From a bacterium (GTDB taxonomy: Bacteria; Patescibacteriota; Microgenomatia; Levybacterales; UBA12049): 64,000 bases of DNA. A program made the translations under genes and the position numbers. The stretch's first letter is position 1, and the number at the start of each line of letters is the position of its first letter. Below are positions 9,591 to 19,075 of this stretch, in pieces. The notes beneath the pieces were generated by a model. The model did not search any database. It had not been told where the DNA came from and was given only the letters and a program-made list of their open reading frames with translations. Location: contig JAKALS010000001.1 in NCBI GenBank assembly GCA_021813145.1, positions 3,515 to 67,514 of the forward strand. The letters run 5' to 3'.

Positions 9591-10280
9591 ATGAAGTATA
9601 AGGTTTCATTCAGCATAGACTTTCGAAGAAATCCCTATAGGGGAAAGTTTATTGCCCTCGAAGGAATAGACGGAAGCGGAAAAACAATACAAACCGCACG
9701 GATAGTAGAAGCTTTAAAAGAAAAAGGTTATGATGCTATCGGAATGAAAGAACCGACGGACCTTGTAATAGGAAAGTTTATAAAACAGGAAGTCCTTTCC
9801 GGAAAAATTAGCATACCTCCCGTTGCCATACAATATCTTTTCTCCGCCGACAGATCTATGCATCAGGTAGAAATAGAAAAACTTCTAAAGAAAGGAAAAA
9901 TTATAGTAAGCGACAGATACTTCTGGTCCGCGGTTTGTTACGGTATAGCGGATTTGGACCAGGTTGCGGATTATTACATAACCGTATTGTCGCTTCTTTC
10001 TCCGTATAACAGATTTTTAAAACCCGACATTACGTATTTCCTGGATATCCCTATTAAAACCGCTTTAAAAAGAATCGGTAAAAGTTCAAAGCATAACGAA
10101 ATATACGATAACGAGAAAAAACTTGTAAAAATAAAAAGAGCTTACGACTTTATCAAGAAAAAATTTGAAAAAGAGTTTGTTGCAGTTGATGCGGATAAAA
10201 CAATAGAAGAGGTCACCGATGAGCTACTAAAAAGGATAGAAAAAAGCGCCAAACGGGTTCATAAAGTTAAAAGTTCATAA
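9591..10280 (+). CDS. tmk: Thymidylate kinase
   Basis: FIALEGIDGSGKT, KEP, LFSADR, SDRY, PD motifs. Confidence 0.95.
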   Translation: MKYKVSFSIDFRRNPYRGKFIALEGIDGSGKTIQTARIVEALKEKGYDAIGMKEPTDLVIGKFIKQEVLSGKISIPPVAIQYLFSADRSMHQVEIEKLLKKGKIIVSDRYFWSAVCYGIADLDQVADYYITVLSLLSPYNRFLKPDITYFLDIPIKTALKRIGKSSKHNEIYDNEKKLVKIKRAYDFIKKKFEKEFVAVDADKTIEEVTDELLKRIEKSAKRVHKVKSS

Positions 10281-10283
10281 AAT

Positions 10284-10718
10284 ATGAGAGTTAAGATTAA
10301 AAGGATTGATAAAAGTATTCCTCTGCCGCAATACCATACAAAGGGCTCTGTCGGTTTTGATTTAACGGCAAGGGAAGAGGTTGAAGTTCCTCCTTTTACT
10401 ACGGCACAAATCCCCCTTAATATAATTGTCAAGGTTCCAAAGGGTTACGGTTTGTTTCTTTTTTCAAGGAGTTCTACTCCGGCCAGAAAAGGCCTTATGG
10501 TCGCAAACGGAGTAGGTGTCATAGATCAGGACTACAGCGGGGAAGACGATGAGCTTAAACTTGCTGCGCTGAATTTTACAAAGAAAAAGGTCGTTGTAGA
10601 AAAAGGGGAAAGGATATGTCAGGGGATATTTTTAAAACTTGATACGCCGCAATTTTTGGAAGTTAATAAAATGTCGGCAAAATCCAGGGGCGGTTTCGGT
10701 TCAACAGGACATAAGTAA
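10284..10718 (+). CDS. dut: dUTP diphosphatase
   Basis: GSVGFDL, SRSS, GVIDQDYSG, ERICQ, RGGFGSTG. Confidence 0.95.
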   Translation: MRVKIKRIDKSIPLPQYHTKGSVGFDLTAREEVEVPPFTTAQIPLNIIVKVPKGYGLFLFSRSSTPARKGLMVANGVGVIDQDYSGEDDELKLAALNFTKKKVVVEKGERICQGIFLKLDTPQFLEVNKMSAKSRGGFGSTGHK

Positions 10719-10736
10719 GTTAAAAGTTTATAAAGT

Positions 10737-11660
10737 ATGAAGACACTTGGAGCGGAAGAACAATATCTGGAACTTCTTAAAGATATACTTAAAAACGGAA
10801 AGTATAAAGACGACAGGACAAAAACAGGTACCAAATCACTTTTCGGAAGACAGCTTAGATACGATTTATCGAAAGGTTTCCCTCTTTTAACGACTAAAAA
10901 AGTTTTCCTTAAGGGGATAATTTATGAGCTTTTGTGGTTTTTAAAAGGGGAGTCCAATATAAAATACTTGGTGGACAACGGTGTTCATATATGGGACGAA
11001 TGGCCGTACAAATATTATGTAAATAAACAAAAGTCAAAAAACAATAAACGTATTCTCACTCAGGAGGAATACGTAGAAAAAGTAAAAAAAGATAAAAATT
11101 TTGCAAAGAAATGGGCAGATTTGGGGCCGGTTTACGGAGTCCAATGGAGACACTGGAAAAAACAGGGAAGAGGAGAAGTAGATCAGATAAAGCAGGTAAT
11201 AGAGGATATTAAAAAAACTCCGTATTCAAGAAGGCTTATCGTAACCGCCTGGAACCCCGGGGAAATAGACGACATAGTAAAAAGGGAAGGGCTTCCTCCC
11301 TGCCATACGCTTTTTCAGTTTTATGTAAATAACGGTAAACTATCGGTTCAGCTTTACCAAAGAAGCGCAGATTCATTCCTTGGAGTCCCTTTTAACATTG
11401 CCTCCTATGCTCTTTTAACAATGATGATGGCCCAGGTTACAGGTTTAAAACCCGGTGAATTTGTCCACACCTTCGGCGATGTACATATTTATTCCAACCA
11501 CATAAAACAGGTAAAAGAACAGTTAAAAAGAAAACCCAAGAAGCTTCCTGTAATGAAGATAAATCCGGCTGTTAAAGACATTTCAAAATTTAAATTTGAC
11601 GACTTTACTCTTGAAGGTTACAATCCTTACCCTCCGATAAAAGCTCCGGTGGCAGTTTAG
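10737..11660 (+). CDS. thyA: Thymidylate synthase
   Basis: [47 protein letters not shown]. Confidence 0.98.
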   Translation: MKTLGAEEQYLELLKDILKNGKYKDDRTKTGTKSLFGRQLRYDLSKGFPLLTTKKVFLKGIIYELLWFLKGESNIKYLVDNGVHIWDEWPYKYYVNKQKSKNNKRILTQEEYVEKVKKDKNFAKKWADLGPVYGVQWRHWKKQGRGEVDQIKQVIEDIKKTPYSRRLIVTAWNPGEIDDIVKREGLPPCHTLFQFYVNNGKLSVQLYQRSADSFLGVPFNIASYALLTMMMAQVTGLKPGEFVHTFGDVHIYSNHIKQVKEQLKRKPKKLPVMKINPAVKDISKFKFDDFTLEGYNPYPPIKAPVAV

Positions 11661-11766
11661 TATTTTTTCTCACTGATTTTTATATTCCCGGTTTGTTTAA
11701 ATATATCAAGACACTAATAGAATTGAAAAATATTAATTTAAGTAATAGAATTTAAGAGTTTTAAGT

Positions 11767-12246
11767 ATGAAGGTTTCGATAATTGCCGCAATGGACGAAA
11801 ACAGGGGAATAGGAAAACTGAATAAGCTTCCCTGGCATATATCCGCAGATTTGCAGAGATTTAAGGAACTTACGACGGGGCACACAGTAATCATGGGAAG
11901 AAAAACTTTCGAATCCATAGGAAACCCCTTGCCCGACAGGAAAAATATTATTCTTACACATGATTTATCCTACAACTCTCTGGGCTGCCAAATCTCAACT
12001 TCTTTAAAGGAAGCAATAGGGATGGCGCAGGCAGCAGGGGAGACGGAAGCTTTTGTAATTGGAGGCGGAGAAGTATTTTCCCAGGCAATTATATTCGCAG
12101 ATCAGCTTTATCTCACTATCGTTAAAGGCGATTTTCATGCCGACACTTTTTTCCCCGACTATTCGGAGTTTAAGAATAAAATAGTAGATCAGGATTTAAC
12201 AGAAGGTGATTATCACTTTAAATTTTTAACCCTTGTAAGAGGTTGA
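11767..12246 (+). CDS. folA: Dihydrofolate reductase
   Basis: IAAMDENRGIG, LPWH, MGRKTFESI, PLPDR, IGGGEVF, DTFFP. Confidence 0.97.
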   Translation: MKVSIIAAMDENRGIGKLNKLPWHISADLQRFKELTTGHTVIMGRKTFESIGNPLPDRKNIILTHDLSYNSLGCQISTSLKEAIGMAQAAGETEAFVIGGGEVFSQAIIFADQLYLTIVKGDFHADTFFPDYSEFKNKIVDQDLTEGDYHFKFLTLVRG

Positions 12247-12247
12247 A

Positions 12248-12276
12248 TTGACTTTAAAGCCTATATTAACTAGAAT
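12248..12276 (+). promoter_or_regulatory. sigma70-type promoter TTGACT-N17-TAGAAT
   Basis: Consensus-like boxes with 17-nt spacer, 9 nt before ATG 12286. Confidence 0.6.
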
Positions 12277-12285
12277 ACTTCTCCT

Positions 12286-12972
12286 ATGCCCGAAAAAGAA
12301 CAAAATTTAAGGCTTGTTGCCGCTTCCCAAATACGTGAAATGAGAAGACTGGAAAGAGAGGAAGGTTGGGTGTTAAGCGAGCAATGGAACCGCGATGTTG
12401 TTGATTACCTCGACAGCCTTAACGGCATTTACGGATTGCTTAATTATTTAAAGGAGTTGGGTAACAGTTCCATTTTGGATATAGGAGCCGGAGGCAAGAG
12501 AGCGATTACAGAATTGGCAAAAGGAAAACTCGGAAGGGATTTTAATTTTTACGCCACGATTTTGACGGGAGATACCGGATCAGAAATTTCCAATTTAGCC
12601 TTCCGTAAAACTTCCGCTGAAGCCTTAAGGGGAATTGAAGATTCTTCGATAGGTCTTGTTTTAGCCTCAAGCTCAATAGCCTACAGTAAAGCAATGCCTC
12701 TGGTAGTTGAAAGTGTAGACAGAGTTCTAATCCCAGGAGGAGTAATAAAATCGGTTTTTAAGGAAAGCGGACAAAGTCATTCAAGGGACTTAAGACAAAC
12801 TTCCGGGGAAGCAGAAAAGCTTTTTAGCTTAAAGGGATACGATATATTTTCATCTAACGGTATTATGCTCGCGGTAAAATCGGGTTTTGCAAAAGCCAGA
12901 AGCGCTTCCTCTCTTTATAAAAGCAACAGTACTTTTATGGATATAGTTGCTCTTTATAATCAAGCTGACTGA
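12286..12972 (+). CDS. Class I SAM-dependent methyltransferase-like protein
   Basis: ILDIGAGG motif I; RVLIPGG motif. Confidence 0.7.
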   Translation: MPEKEQNLRLVAASQIREMRRLEREEGWVLSEQWNRDVVDYLDSLNGIYGLLNYLKELGNSSILDIGAGGKRAITELAKGKLGRDFNFYATILTGDTGSEISNLAFRKTSAEALRGIEDSSIGLVLASSSIAYSKAMPLVVESVDRVLIPGGVIKSVFKESGQSHSRDLRQTSGEAEKLFSLKGYDIFSSNGIMLAVKSGFAKARSASSLYKSNSTFMDIVALYNQAD

Positions 12973-13940
12973 CTTTTTGCGAATCCGTTCCTGCCGAATT
13001 CTACTTGCGGAAGGTGTTGGAAGACAGGATTTTCTTCGGCGGCAAGTTTTAAATCTTCTGTTATTTCTCCTTCCAGAAGCAGTGCATGAGCATCCGAACA
13101 AACGGCATGGCTGAAAATTGAGTCCGCGGTTACGGAATCAATGGTAATTTTTGATAATCTGTTGCAGTTATCATATTCACATGGAGAACCCCTTTTTATT
13201 TTTGCAAAAGCAATATCTCCGGCCTTTCCTTCGCCGAAATCGGCTCTTTGGAATTTTTGCAATAGGTTTCTTTCGGATAGAGTTTTTATAAATAAATCTG
13301 CTACTTTGTCTTTCGGAACAAAAGTCGTGTCTATGATTATGTCGTAAACAGGCATACCGTTTACCGCTTTTACAGAAGGATCAAAGGGATGCTGTCCGTT
13401 TAAAAGCCCAGGGTAAAGACTTTGCATTCTTGCCACGAACTCCCTATCTCTTCTTTGCGTCTCTTCAATAGACTCCTCAAGCGTAAGTGACGGGTTATCT
13501 ACTCTGTCTCTTTGCCAGACCCTCCTGTCTCTTACGTATTTATCCGCCGTTACCAATATTCTTATGATTTTTGGAGCATTATCTTGAATTCTTGCTGCGA
13601 TATCAGCCCCTATTACAGGCCCTAACCTGCTTTCAAGAATCAAGGGAAAGGAATTAGCAGATTCCTTCATTAATCTTTCTTGTTCAACATCTACATCAAA
13701 GTCTTTTTCGGGAGGAATGTTAAATAAGTCGCTCATTTCTTCCCGCATTCTTTGGCCTACTTTAACGAATTGTGTTCCGATTATGACTTCGTTTACGGCG
13801 TCTGCGGCAGATGTTTTTCCGGTTCCGGCAAAACCCGAAAAGACCACAACATCAAAATTAGGGAGATACAGCGTTCTTTCGGGCTGTAAAACTTCCTTTT
13901 TTTCCCGCGGTCTTAAAATTCCTTCTATATAGCGCATCAT
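12960..13940 (-). CDS. P-loop nucleoside monophosphate kinase (archaeal-type cytidylate kinase-like) with C-terminal Cys/His extension
   Basis: SGFAGTGKTS Walker A, G..MRE, ILESRL, RD...R...LY, YDIIIDTT; start refined to ATG 13940. Confidence 0.6.
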   Translation of the reverse strand: MMRYIEGILRPREKKEVLQPERTLYLPNFDVVVFSGFAGTGKTSAADAVNEVIIGTQFVKVGQRMREEMSDLFNIPPEKDFDVDVEQERLMKESANSFPLILESRLGPVIGADIAARIQDNAPKIIRILVTADKYVRDRRVWQRDRVDNPSLTLEESIEETQRRDREFVARMQSLYPGLLNGQHPFDPSVKAVNGMPVYDIIIDTTFVPKDKVADLFIKTLSERNLLQKFQRADFGEGKAGDIAFAKIKRGSPCEYDNCNRLSKITIDSVTADSIFSHAVCSDAHALLLEGEITEDLKLAAEENPVFQHLPQVEFGRNGFAKSQSA

Positions 13941-13990
13941 AAGGCACAGCATTATAGGCTTTTTTAAGGCAAAACGCAAGGAACAGGGGA

Positions 13991-14893
13991 CTAATCGAGG
14001 CCCATAGCGTAATCTGTTACTTTTTGCAGCCAGGGCCACTGTTTTATTGTTTGGTCCACATTAGGATTGAAAGGCCGTAAGACCGTAGAATGTATTCCTA
14101 TATTCGAGTGGCTAATAAGATAAGAAAGGCTTTCTCTGAATCTCGGGTCCGTAGCGTCGACGGCGTCTATCGCTTTTATAGCCCCCATTCTTGAAAGCAC
14201 GCTTGTATCGAAGCCTCCTGCCACATCGGTTGGGCAAATAGCCGGATGGGCCCCGTTATATAGATATCCGGGGCTTGAAAAGAAGTCTTTAAATTCACTT
14301 ACATATCTGATAAATCCCTGCGGGGTTGAGAAATCCCTTACTGCTTGGGGATTTAGCTCTATTACACAGTTATGGTGTTTAGTGTAAAAATCTCCTGTTT
14401 TTAAGTTACGTACTCCCGAGGAGGCATTAACAAGATAATAAGGATTAAAATCTTTACCCCATTTCTCTGACATTTCTTTTGAAGCCTCGTACATTCTGGC
14501 AAAGTTTTCCCTTACCTCTTCAAGGCTTTGGGGTTTTCCTCTTCCTTGGTTTGCGGTTATTCCTCTTTCTAAAGTGAGGGGAAATGCTTCTACGTCCGCG
14601 GCGACTATAATTCCCGATTTTTCAGGGAATTCCGATAAAATTGCGCGTGCCCTTTGTGATACCGTTTCTATTTTAGCCTGCATTATCCTGTCCACGTAAT
14701 GCGTTTTTTCTTCCGGACCTGCCGGAATACTTATAACATTTGAGAATGGGAAACAGTATTTTAAAAAATGTTCGCGCCTGTGGCTTGTTCCTGCGTAGAA
14801 TATAAAATCCGGGGCACGTGTTTCGGAGGAAGGAGAATACTCCGTATGTCTTGTATCCGTTTGGGAAGGGGAGAGTCTTTCCCTAAGTGACAT
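13991..14893 (-). CDS. Divergent Maf-family nucleotide pyrophosphatase-like protein
   Basis: AGTSHRREHFL (cf. ASxSPRR), VAADVE (cf. ADT), GKPQSLEEVRENF (cf. GKP...EA..ML), AGGF. Confidence 0.5.
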   Translation of the reverse strand: MSLRERLSPSQTDTRHTEYSPSSETRAPDFIFYAGTSHRREHFLKYCFPFSNVISIPAGPEEKTHYVDRIMQAKIETVSQRARAILSEFPEKSGIIVAADVEAFPLTLERGITANQGRGKPQSLEEVRENFARMYEASKEMSEKWGKDFNPYYLVNASSGVRNLKTGDFYTKHHNCVIELNPQAVRDFSTPQGFIRYVSEFKDFFSSPGYLYNGAHPAICPTDVAGGFDTSVLSRMGAIKAIDAVDATDPRFRESLSYLISHSNIGIHSTVLRPFNPNVDQTIKQWPWLQKVTDYAMGLD

Positions 14894-14984
14894 ATATCAC
14901 AATTTAAATGTTTAGAAAAATTTTGTCAACAGTTAATTTTTGCCCTCTTGTCAAAAAAAACTTAATAGGTTTAGAATAGAGAAA

Positions 14985-16298
14985 ATGTTAAAGAATAAGG
15001 ACCCCCAAGTTTATAGTTTAATTAAAGAAGAAGAAAAAAGGCAAAGAGAAGTCCTCGAAATGATTCCTTCGGAAAACTATGCATCGGCGGAGGTTCTTGA
15101 GGCTTTGGGGACCGTTTTAAACAACAAATATTCGGAAGGGTATCCTAAAAAAAGGTATTATCAAGGAAATGCAGTAGTCGATGAAGTAGAGCTGTTAGCG
15201 CAAGAAAGAGCAAAAAAGTTGTTCGGAGTGCCTTATGTTAATGTACAGGCTCTTTCGGGTTCAGCCATGAATTTGGCGGTCTATGTTGCCCTTTTGGAGC
15301 CTTTGAAAGGGAAAATAATGGGCCTTTCCTTAGCCTCCGGCGGTCACCTTACTCATGGACAGCCCCAGTCGGCTTCGGGAAAATTTTTTGAATCCGTATT
15401 ATTCACAATAAACAAAGACGGACAGTTTGATTATGGGAAAATAGAAAAACTGGCTGTAAAAGAAAAACCTGATATCATTGTCTGCGGTTTTACTGCATAT
15501 CCGCAAGTTATAGATTTTAAAAAGTTTTCCGAAATTGCAGATAAGGTGGGTGCATATTTAATGGCGGATATTTCTCATATTGCAGGACTTGTAGTCTCCG
15601 GTGTACATCCAAGTCCTGTTCCTTTTGCACATATTATTACCACTACTACACATAAAACTCTAAGGGGGCCAAGGGGGGCTTTGATTATGGTAACCCAAAA
15701 GGGCCTTAAAAAAGACCCGGACCTGGGCAAAAAAATAGATACGGCAATTATTCCGGGGCTCCAGGGAGGGCCCCACGACAATCAGACAGCCGCCATTGCA
15801 GTTGCATTAAAAGAAGCGGCAACACCGGCATTTAAAGCCTATGGTTTTCAAATCGTAAAAAACTCAAGGGCTCTTGCAAAAGAACTTAAAAAATTTGACT
15901 TCGATTTAGTTTCGGGAGGAAGCGAAAATCACCTAATACTTATAGATTTAAGGAATAAAAACGTTAACGGAGCTATTGCCGCTTTGGCTTTAGAAGTGGC
16001 GGGAATTGTAACAAATAAAAACGGAGTTCCTAATGATTCCATGCCTCCTTTTTATCCCTCGGGGCTAAGAATCGGAACGGCAGCAATAACTACAAGGGGT
16101 TTTAGGGAAAAAGATATGGCAAAAATAGCCGGATGGATGAATGAAGCTGTGGAGGAAGCGAAAAAATACGAATTACCTAAAGATAAGGAAGAAAGAAAAG
16201 CCTACTGGAAAGATTTTAGAAAAAATATCTATAAAAACAAAAAGCTTCTTTCTATTGCTCGGGAAGTGAAGGCTTTGACCAAAAGATTTCCAATATAA
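14985..16298 (+). CDS. glyA: Serine hydroxymethyltransferase
   Basis: PSENY, NKYSEGYP, GGHLTHG, TTTTHKTLRGPRG, GLQGGP; start refined to ATG 14985. Confidence 0.98.
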   Translation: MLKNKDPQVYSLIKEEEKRQREVLEMIPSENYASAEVLEALGTVLNNKYSEGYPKKRYYQGNAVVDEVELLAQERAKKLFGVPYVNVQALSGSAMNLAVYVALLEPLKGKIMGLSLASGGHLTHGQPQSASGKFFESVLFTINKDGQFDYGKIEKLAVKEKPDIIVCGFTAYPQVIDFKKFSEIADKVGAYLMADISHIAGLVVSGVHPSPVPFAHIITTTTHKTLRGPRGALIMVTQKGLKKDPDLGKKIDTAIIPGLQGGPHDNQTAAIAVALKEAATPAFKAYGFQIVKNSRALAKELKKFDFDLVSGGSENHLILIDLRNKNVNGAIAALALEVAGIVTNKNGVPNDSMPPFYPSGLRIGTAAITTRGFREKDMAKIAGWMNEAVEEAKKYELPKDKEERKAYWKDFRKNIYKNKKLLSIAREVKALTKRFPI

Positions 16299-16903
16299 TG
16301 GAAATTCCATCAAACTTATTACCGGAATCCATAGTAATAGACAGGGAGACAGAAGAGTTCAGGCAAAAACTTGAATCCTTTATTTCGGGTCATTCCTTTG
16401 AAGAAACTGTCTTTATTGCCGATGTTATTGCTTCTTCAAGAATAAATGCTCCCTTAAGAGTGAAGCTGCAAAGAACAACAGTTGACGGTAAAAAATTAAT
16501 GGAGAAAATGGACGGTATCGTCAGACCCTATCTTGCAGAAGAAATCCCCGTGGTAGATGAAGAAACAATTGAGCGGGGAGAAAAAATTGGAATTGCAAAG
16601 ACCGACAATATTTTTGATTATCTTTATTCGGATGCGGGAGACGAACATCCTACGGCATCGGGTGTATCTCCGGATTTAAAAGTTTATACGGAGATAATAA
16701 ACTTCAGAAATCCCCGTCCCGGTGAAAGATGGTTTTTGGCTAAAGAAGCTTATTCCGGTTTTAAGATAGATCCTGTTAAATTAAAACCAGTTGAAGTGCC
16801 CTTGGCATATAGATGGATTGCAAGGAGAGTTCCTTCCGGGAAATCAACGGGAAGAAGAAGGATAAAGCCGAGGAGCATGATTAACAGGAATAATAAAGAA
16901 TAA
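16298..16903 (+). CDS. Hypothetical protein
   Basis: Translationally coupled to glyA (TAATG overlap). Confidence 0.6.
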   Translation: MEIPSNLLPESIVIDRETEEFRQKLESFISGHSFEETVFIADVIASSRINAPLRVKLQRTTVDGKKLMEKMDGIVRPYLAEEIPVVDEETIERGEKIGIAKTDNIFDYLYSDAGDEHPTASGVSPDLKVYTEIINFRNPRPGERWFLAKEAYSGFKIDPVKLKPVEVPLAYRWIARRVPSGKSTGRRRIKPRSMINRNNKE

Positions 16904-16904
16904 T

Positions 16905-17270
16905 ATGGCAACAGAAAGCATAGCTGATAAGATATACGGGTTTGTGGAGCCTGAGGCTAAGGCGAGAAGGGATCTGGACAAAGAAATAGACAATTTTTTG
17001 ACTATGTGGGGAATTAAGCCTAACCGCAGCGGCATGGTTCATTTTAACAGAGTTGAGGCAGAGAGAAGACACATAAATGGTAGTCTTATAAGGACCTTAA
17101 AAATTACCGATCAAGGCGGATTTCATACCTATACATCTTCGGGTTTGGTTGTAAAACATACCTTTAAGGGCTTCGACGGGGAAGCGGAAAAACAGGAAGT
17201 TTTAAATGCCAGCGGAATAAAAGAGGCACAGGATTATCTGGCATCGGTAAACGAGAGGAGATTTAAATAA
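16905..17270 (+). CDS. Hypothetical protein
   Basis: Tightly packed ORF in the same operon. Confidence 0.6.
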   Translation: MATESIADKIYGFVEPEAKARRDLDKEIDNFLTMWGIKPNRSGMVHFNRVEAERRHINGSLIRTLKITDQGGFHTYTSSGLVVKHTFKGFDGEAEKQEVLNASGIKEAQDYLASVNERRFK

Positions 17271-17573
17271 ATGTCTGCAGAGCGCTCTGCTGCTAAATGG
17301 AGGGATTCCCAGGCAATAAGAACATTTCTTCGAAGAAGAAGATTAAAAGATCAAGAAGAAAGAGCAAGGCAAGAAATAGAATCATTCAGGCGAGAACGGA
17401 TTCCGGACAATGTTATTTTTCTTGCTGGGGTAAGGCGTAAGTATAAAGGGACAATGGCGACGGAGGAGGATATAAAAAGGCGTATGCGGGAGCAAAATGA
17501 AACTTGTGTAATCGTAGAGCACTTGGGACAGATGACTCCTCAGCGGAATAGGTATAAATTTAATCACCTGTAG
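17271..17573 (+). CDS. Hypothetical basic protein
   Basis: Abuts the previous stop codon. Confidence 0.5.
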   Translation: MSAERSAAKWRDSQAIRTFLRRRRLKDQEERARQEIESFRRERIPDNVIFLAGVRRKYKGTMATEEDIKRRMREQNETCVIVEHLGQMTPQRNRYKFNHL

Positions 17574-17594
17574 GAAATAGTCAGCCTTTATTGA

Positions 17595-18347
17595 TTATCT
17601 TCCGCCGAATCTCCTCTGTCTTTGCGAATACTCTTTTAAGGCGAGAATTATGTCGCTTTTGCCAAGTTCCGGAAGATTCTTTTCTACAGAAACAAATTCG
17701 GCAAGTGAGCCTAAGGGTCCGAATCCGGAAGTTCTTTTTTCGCCGCTAGTTCTTAGAATCATATCAAACATGGGTAACCCGTTATTTATTTTTGTTAAAA
17801 GCTCGTAAGTTGTAGAAAACCCGTCTTTGTTTCTGGCAAGAGCAAATTCTTCCAACTGGAATCTTTCCCCGTAATCAAGGAAAAGTACAAGAGTTTTATC
17901 TCTAAGCCTTGAAGTTTCTTTTTGTGCTTTTTCTATAGTCTTGTAAAGTTTGGGATAGTTCTTTTTTATTTTGTCTTTTTTGCCAATAACCATGAACCTG
18001 ACTCCATTTTTTTTAAGTCTCTCCAGATTTTGATCTATCGTAGCTTTTACAACCGTCATTATATTATCTATTTCTTCCTGGGGCCTTTTCCAGTTATCTT
18101 CCGAAAATCCCCATACGCCTACAACTTTTATATTGAGATTCATGAAAGCTTCAAGAATTTTTCCCATTGTAAGCCCGCCCATTTTATGGCCTTCTTCGAT
18201 TGTTAATCCGCTTTGTTTTGCCCATCTTCCGTTCCCGTCGGGAATTATTAATAAAGAGTTTGGGAGGTTAAGTTTATTAAGGCCCTGAATGCCTAAGCGG
18301 GTAGTATGGTGAGCAATTCTTTCTTTGAGTCGTTTATGAGTATTCAT
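17595..18347 (-). CDS. uppS: Undecaprenyl diphosphate synthase (cis-prenyltransferase)
   Basis: IIPDGNGRWA, FSEDNWKRP, RTSGEKRTSGF, RQRRFGG. Confidence 0.92.
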   Translation of the reverse strand: MNTHKRLKERIAHHTTRLGIQGLNKLNLPNSLLIIPDGNGRWAKQSGLTIEEGHKMGGLTMGKILEAFMNLNIKVVGVWGFSEDNWKRPQEEIDNIMTVVKATIDQNLERLKKNGVRFMVIGKKDKIKKNYPKLYKTIEKAQKETSRLRDKTLVLFLDYGERFQLEEFALARNKDGFSTTYELLTKINNGLPMFDMILRTSGEKRTSGFGPLGSLAEFVSVEKNLPELGKSDIILALKEYSQRQRRFGGR

Positions 18348-18400
18348 GATATCACCACGGATTTTGATTTTACCACAAAATTAAAAGCAGAATCAATTAT

Positions 18401-18429
18401 TTGACATTTTGAACGGGGCTTATGATAAT
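18401..18429 (+). promoter_or_regulatory. sigma70-type promoter TTGACA-N17-GATAAT
   Basis: Perfect -35 box, 17-nt spacer, 7 nt before GTG 18437. Confidence 0.6.
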
Positions 18430-18436
18430 TATTTAA

Positions 18437-19075
18437 GTGGATAAGATTTTAGGTTCTTTTGAAGAGAAGTCTCCGGGGCAAAAAATATTAATAACTTTAG
18501 GCATCAGCCTTTTGCTCATAGTATTCCTGGCGGCTTCATATATTTTTACGACGCCAAAGCAAAACAATACGGAGCAACCCTCTACTTCAGAGGCACAAAT
18601 TCCTCAGACATCATCTTTTCCGGTAAATAATCCTGCTTCTCAGAAAAATAAAACTTATACAAGCCCCTATTTTTCGGTAAGTTATCCATCCTCGTATAGC
18701 TATCAAGAGGGCCAGGTCGAGGGAGACTCGCAGTCTTTTTCTCTTTTACTTAAACCTGCTGTTACAAATCAGGAAAAACCTGTTATAGAATTTCAGATTT
18801 ATGGCCCGGGATTGGCTTCTCAAAGCGCAATAGAAAGTGTTTTTACAGCGCTAAATTACAAAAAGAGTAACGCAACGGTTTCGGGAATTACGGCCGTAAT
18901 GTATAAGGGGTCCGTTCCAAGCGGAAATCTTACCCTAAGCGAAGAGGCAGTTGTTTTTACTTATTTGAACAGGGTATATAAAGTCCAGTTAACTTATACG
19001 GGTAAAGAGGATACGGGTCTTGAGAATATTTTTTCTTCTGTTGTTTCCGCCATCAAGTTGCCGTCAGGTTTTTAA
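18437..19075 (+). CDS. Membrane-anchored PsbP-like extracellular protein
   Basis: N-terminal TM, FSVSYPSS, C-terminal 'F..VVSAIK' pattern. Confidence 0.55.
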   Translation: MDKILGSFEEKSPGQKILITLGISLLLIVFLAASYIFTTPKQNNTEQPSTSEAQIPQTSSFPVNNPASQKNKTYTSPYFSVSYPSSYSYQEGQVEGDSQSFSLLLKPAVTNQEKPVIEFQIYGPGLASQSAIESVFTALNYKKSNATVSGITAVMYKGSVPSGNLTLSEEAVVFTYLNRVYKVQLTYTGKEDTGLENIFSSVVSAIKLPSGF

